This document shows, piece after piece, positions 61,023 to 64,000 of a DNA stretch of 64,000 nt. Where the stretch lies: positions 1-64,000 of the forward strand of contig JBKHIT010000016.1 of the NCBI GenBank assembly GCA_046538485.1. Reading direction: 5' to 3'. This DNA comes from Candidatus Brocadiia bacterium (lineage in GTDB: Bacteria; Planctomycetota; Brocadiia; SM23-32). A program made the position numbers and the translations under genes. The notes under the pieces are model-generated. The model did no database searches and was not told the DNA's origin. It was given only the letters and a program-made list of their open reading frames with translations. Within the stretch, counting starts at the first letter, position 1; every line of letters begins with the position of its first letter.

Positions 61023-62336
61023 TTATGTGACCGGTCTCTGCGTCTTCGCCGGATTGCGCGGGAACCAGTTCGTGGTATGGAGGCAGATCTTCACCAGCAT
61101 CAGCATGACGGGGACCTCGATCAGCACGCCCACCACCGTGGCGAGCGCGGCGCCGGACTGGAGTCCGAACAGCATGGCCGCGGTGGCCAGAGCGACCTCG
61201 AAGTGGTTCGATGCACCGATCATCGCCGCCGGGGCGGCGTCCTCATAGTCGAGTTTCAACAGCTTCGCCAGCCCGTAACCAATCCAGAAAATCACGTTTG
61301 TCTGGATGAACAGCGGTATGGCGATGAGCAGTATGGCCTGTGGCGCTCTCACTATCCTGTCGCCCTGTAAGACGAAGATGAACACGAGGGTCAACAACAG
61401 CGCCGCCAAGGTTATTGGTGTCAGCAGGTGCAGGAATTTCTCCTCGAACCACTCCTTCCCTTTCGTTGCTATAATCCACTTGCGGGAGAAATATCCGGCC
61501 ACCAGCGGCAGCGCCACATAGACGGATATCGAGAGCAGCAACGCTCGCCAGGGCACGGGCAATCGCCCGACCCCCAGCAGAAACCCGCCGAGCGGTCCAT
61601 AAAGCACGAGCATGGTCAACGAATTGATCGCCACCATCACAAGCGTCAGTCCGCCGCTGCCTTTGGCCAGATAACTCCAGACGAAAACCATCGCGGTGCA
61701 GGGAGCTATGCCCAGCAGTATGGCACCGGCCAGGTAGCTGCGCCATTGGCGCACGGCCAGGCGTCGGGTGATGCCGTCCGGAAGTTCATCTCCCTCGCTG
61801 TAGTTGATCGCCTCCGGGTCCACTTCCTTTTCGTTCTCCACATCGTACAGGGCAATTCGCCCGTCACCAATCTCCGCACCGACCGGATCATCCATGCCCA
61901 ACGGCACCCGGACGTATTCCATCGTGTCCTGCCCGATGAAACCGACAAAGATTGATCCGAGAAACACAGTGGCGATCAGGGCCATCGAAAAGGGCTTGAT
62001 CGCCCAGTTGACAAAGAGAGTCAGGAGGACCGGTTTCACGTTTTTGCCGGCACGCACGACCTCACCGAAATCGATCTTCACCATGATCGGATAGATCATC
62101 AGGAAGAGGCATATGGCGATCGGTATGGAAATTATCGGAGCACCGTCGACCGTTATGGACAGGCTGTCGAGGAACCCCGCCAGGCCGGGAGCAATACGGC
62201 CGATCAGTATGCCGGCCACTATGCACAAAGCCACCCAGAGGGTGAGATATCGTTCGAATAACCCGAGTGCTTTTTCCTCACGTTCCTCCAGATCCTCGTT
62301 GTCCTCCACCTGTCTGTCCTCTTGTTTTTCAGTCAT
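61023..62336 (-). CDS. acr3: ACR3-family arsenite efflux transporter
   Basis: [42 protein letters not shown]. Confidence 0.95.
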   Translation of the reverse strand: MTEKQEDRQVEDNEDLEEREEKALGLFERYLTLWVALCIVAGILIGRIAPGLAGFLDSLSITVDGAPIISIPIAICLFLMIYPIMVKIDFGEVVRAGKNVKPVLLTLFVNWAIKPFSMALIATVFLGSIFVGFIGQDTMEYVRVPLGMDDPVGAEIGDGRIALYDVENEKEVDPEAINYSEGDELPDGITRRLAVRQWRSYLAGAILLGIAPCTAMVFVWSYLAKGSGGLTLVMVAINSLTMLVLYGPLGGFLLGVGRLPVPWRALLLSISVYVALPLVAGYFSRKWIIATKGKEWFEEKFLHLLTPITLAALLLTLVFIFVLQGDRIVRAPQAILLIAIPLFIQTNVIFWIGYGLAKLLKLDYEDAAPAAMIGASNHFEVALATAAMLFGLQSGAALATVVGVLIEVPVMLMLVKICLHTTNWFPRNPAKTQRPVT

Positions 62337-62468
62337 TGGTGATTCCTCAGTTCAGTCGACAGAGTTTATTGTCTGGGTTAGCCGATCAGGTGAACACTGT
62401 GACCTTATGAAATCGCCGTCAGACGTTCTCTGTCAGCGATGACAGATTACTGATCAGCCGCATTGGCC

Positions 62469-62514
62469 ATTTCGCCACATAACGAAGTATACTGTTTTAC
62501 AATGACTCCGTCAA
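62469..62514 (-). promoter_or_regulatory. sigma70 promoter with overlapping ArsR operator (acr3)
   Basis: TTGACG-17-TATACT; ATTTCG-N8-CGAAGT at 62469-62488, near-identical to the arsR site. Confidence 0.8.
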
Positions 62515-62564
62515 AGAGCAACGGAATTTGTGAACGGAATTATCCTGCTCCCCAGACCTGACTG

Positions 62565-62656
62565 GGCTCTGTCTGAGAATGCGGTCGTCGGACCGAGAGT
62601 GAGCGAATTTGCGGATGGTGCGGACCCCGAAGCAAGCCTATCCAGTAGAGATAAGC
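62565..62656. mobile_element. truncated second copy of the 8465-8626 MITE
   Basis: 92-bp match to 8465-8556 with six mismatches by eye; right TIR degraded. Confidence 0.75.
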
Positions 62657-62793
62657 GGAAACCGATATTTTCATTCATCCCCCGATGCAGGATGTTGACA
62701 TATGTCAAGATGGTAGGTCGGGAGTGTGACCCTGAACCGAATATATCCCGCAGAACATGCCATCTCTCGCGCTCTTTGTTCTGAGATATTTCG

Positions 62794-64000
62794 TCAATTC
62801 GGTGTCACCGCATTTTCCACCGGATCAGCAGTTCTGAGTCTCCGGATGACGGCTTTTTCAAGCTCGATCAACAGAAAAGTCGCCATACCCACACCCAGCG
62901 TTAGAAACCAGTGGCGAAGACGCAGCGCGGATGACCCAAAAAGCGTGTGCATGAAGGGAGCATGAACGAACATGATTTGCAAAACAGCGAGTGCTCCGAT
63001 CGACACCCATGCGACCCTGTTCGACAGGAGGCGGGTTATTGAGAGGCTGGATTTGTGCAGATATCGGCTGTTAAAAAGGTAAAACGCCTGACCGCATACG
63101 AGTGTGTTGACCGCAATCGTCTGGGCGAGCGCTTCCGAAATGCCAAAATGATATTTCCCCAGGGAAAAAATGGCGATCGTCGCCCCTCCTATCACCAGGG
63201 CGACAAAACCGATACGCCAGAGAAACGTGATTCCGAGTATCGGCGCTCCGGGGTCGCGTGGGGGGCGCTGCATGAGACCCGGTTCCGCCGGTTCAAAAGC
63301 CAGTGCCAGTGCGAGGGTGACCGCCGTCACCAGGTTGACCCATAATATCTGCACAGGCGTCAGCGGCAGCGCAAGTCCAAATATGACGGCGGTCAGAATA
63401 ACCAGAGACTCCGCACCATTGGTCGGCAAGATGAACAGGATTGCCTTGCGGAGGTTGTCATATATCGTGCGGCCTTCCTCTACTGCATGCTCAATCGAGG
63501 TGAAATTATCGTCCGCCAGCACGATATCAGCAGCCTCTTTCGTGGCCTCGGTTCCTTTCACCCCCATGGCGACTCCGACGTCGGCGCGTTTCAGTGCTGG
63601 AGCATCATTAACCCCGTCCCCGGTCATGGCTATTACTTCGTTATTGGCCTGCAATGCTTTGATCAAACGTAATTTATGTTCGGGGCTGGTTCGGGCAAAA
63701 ATATCGTTTTCGCGGGCCAGAATGCTCAGTTCTTCATCGGACACATCCTCTATTTCCCCCCCGGTGACCGCATTTGCACCGTCACCGATCCCCATCTCAG
63801 CCCCGATAGCCGCTGCCGTGCCCGAGTGGTCGCCGGTGATGATTTTCACTCGAATCCCGGCCTGATGACACATTTTTATCGCCTCGATGGCCTCCGGCCG
63901 GGGCGGGTCTATAATCCCAACGATGCCGATGAAAACCATTTCGTTGCTCAAATCCTCAAAATCAAGGGTCTCCTTCGCATCCGCCGTAACGCGCGAGGCG
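62794..64000 (-). CDS. cation-transporting P-type ATPase (type II-like), C-terminal part; 5' portion lies beyond the window
   Basis: DPPR, ITGDH, MTGDGVNDAPALK, QILWVNLVT. Confidence 0.93.
   Translation of the reverse strand, partial: ASRVTADAKETLDFEDLSNEMVFIGIVGIIDPPRPEAIEAIKMCHQAGIRVKIITGDHSGTAAAIGAEMGIGDGANAVTGGEIEDVSDEELSILARENDIFARTSPEHKLRLIKALQANNEVIAMTGDGVNDAPALKRADVGVAMGVKGTEATKEAADIVLADDNFTSIEHAVEEGRTIYDNLRKAILFILPTNGAESLVILTAVIFGLALPLTPVQILWVNLVTAVTLALALAFEPAEPGLMQRPPRDPGAPILGITFLWRIGFVALVIGGATIAIFSLGKYHFGISEALAQTIAVNTLVCGQAFYLFNSRYLHKSSLSITRLLSNRVAWVSIGALAVLQIMFVHAPFMHTLFGSSALRLRHWFLTLGVGMATFLLIELEKAVIRRLRTADPVENAVTPN

Overview
A 64 kb bacterial chromosomal window. Gene content suggests Planctomycetota, probably an uncultured lineage: a Ser/Thr kinase with WD40 repeats, a GYF_2-repeat protein, an STN-only protein, bacterial topoisomerase VI, and many acidic proteins. 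This taxonomic call is inference only. Housekeeping genes include tyrS, parA, surE, tkt, rpiB, tadA, lpxD, uppP, folD, dacB, rnr and a PiT/DUF47 pair. There are carbohydrate enzymes (GH29, GH27, a 1.5-kaa multidomain secreted protein) and an arsenic module (acr3, arsR, arsC). A decaying accessory tract at about 29-42 kb is full of repeats and gene remnants. Main points of interest: (1) top6B and top6A lie 44 kb apart, in exactly the geometry one inversion of a top6B-top6A operon would give. (2) An orphan ParA is followed by a membrane-anchored acidic partner. (3) There is a 6S-like RNA with its own sigma70 promoter. (4) Two near-identical ArsR promoter/operators are present, with a likely leaderless arsR. 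(5) A four-helix-bundle pseudogene is enclosed by inverted 9-mer arrays. (6) There are two MITE families and a composite repeat family. No rRNA, tRNA, CRISPR array or reverse transcriptase was seen. All calls come from motif recognition by eye; no searches were run.
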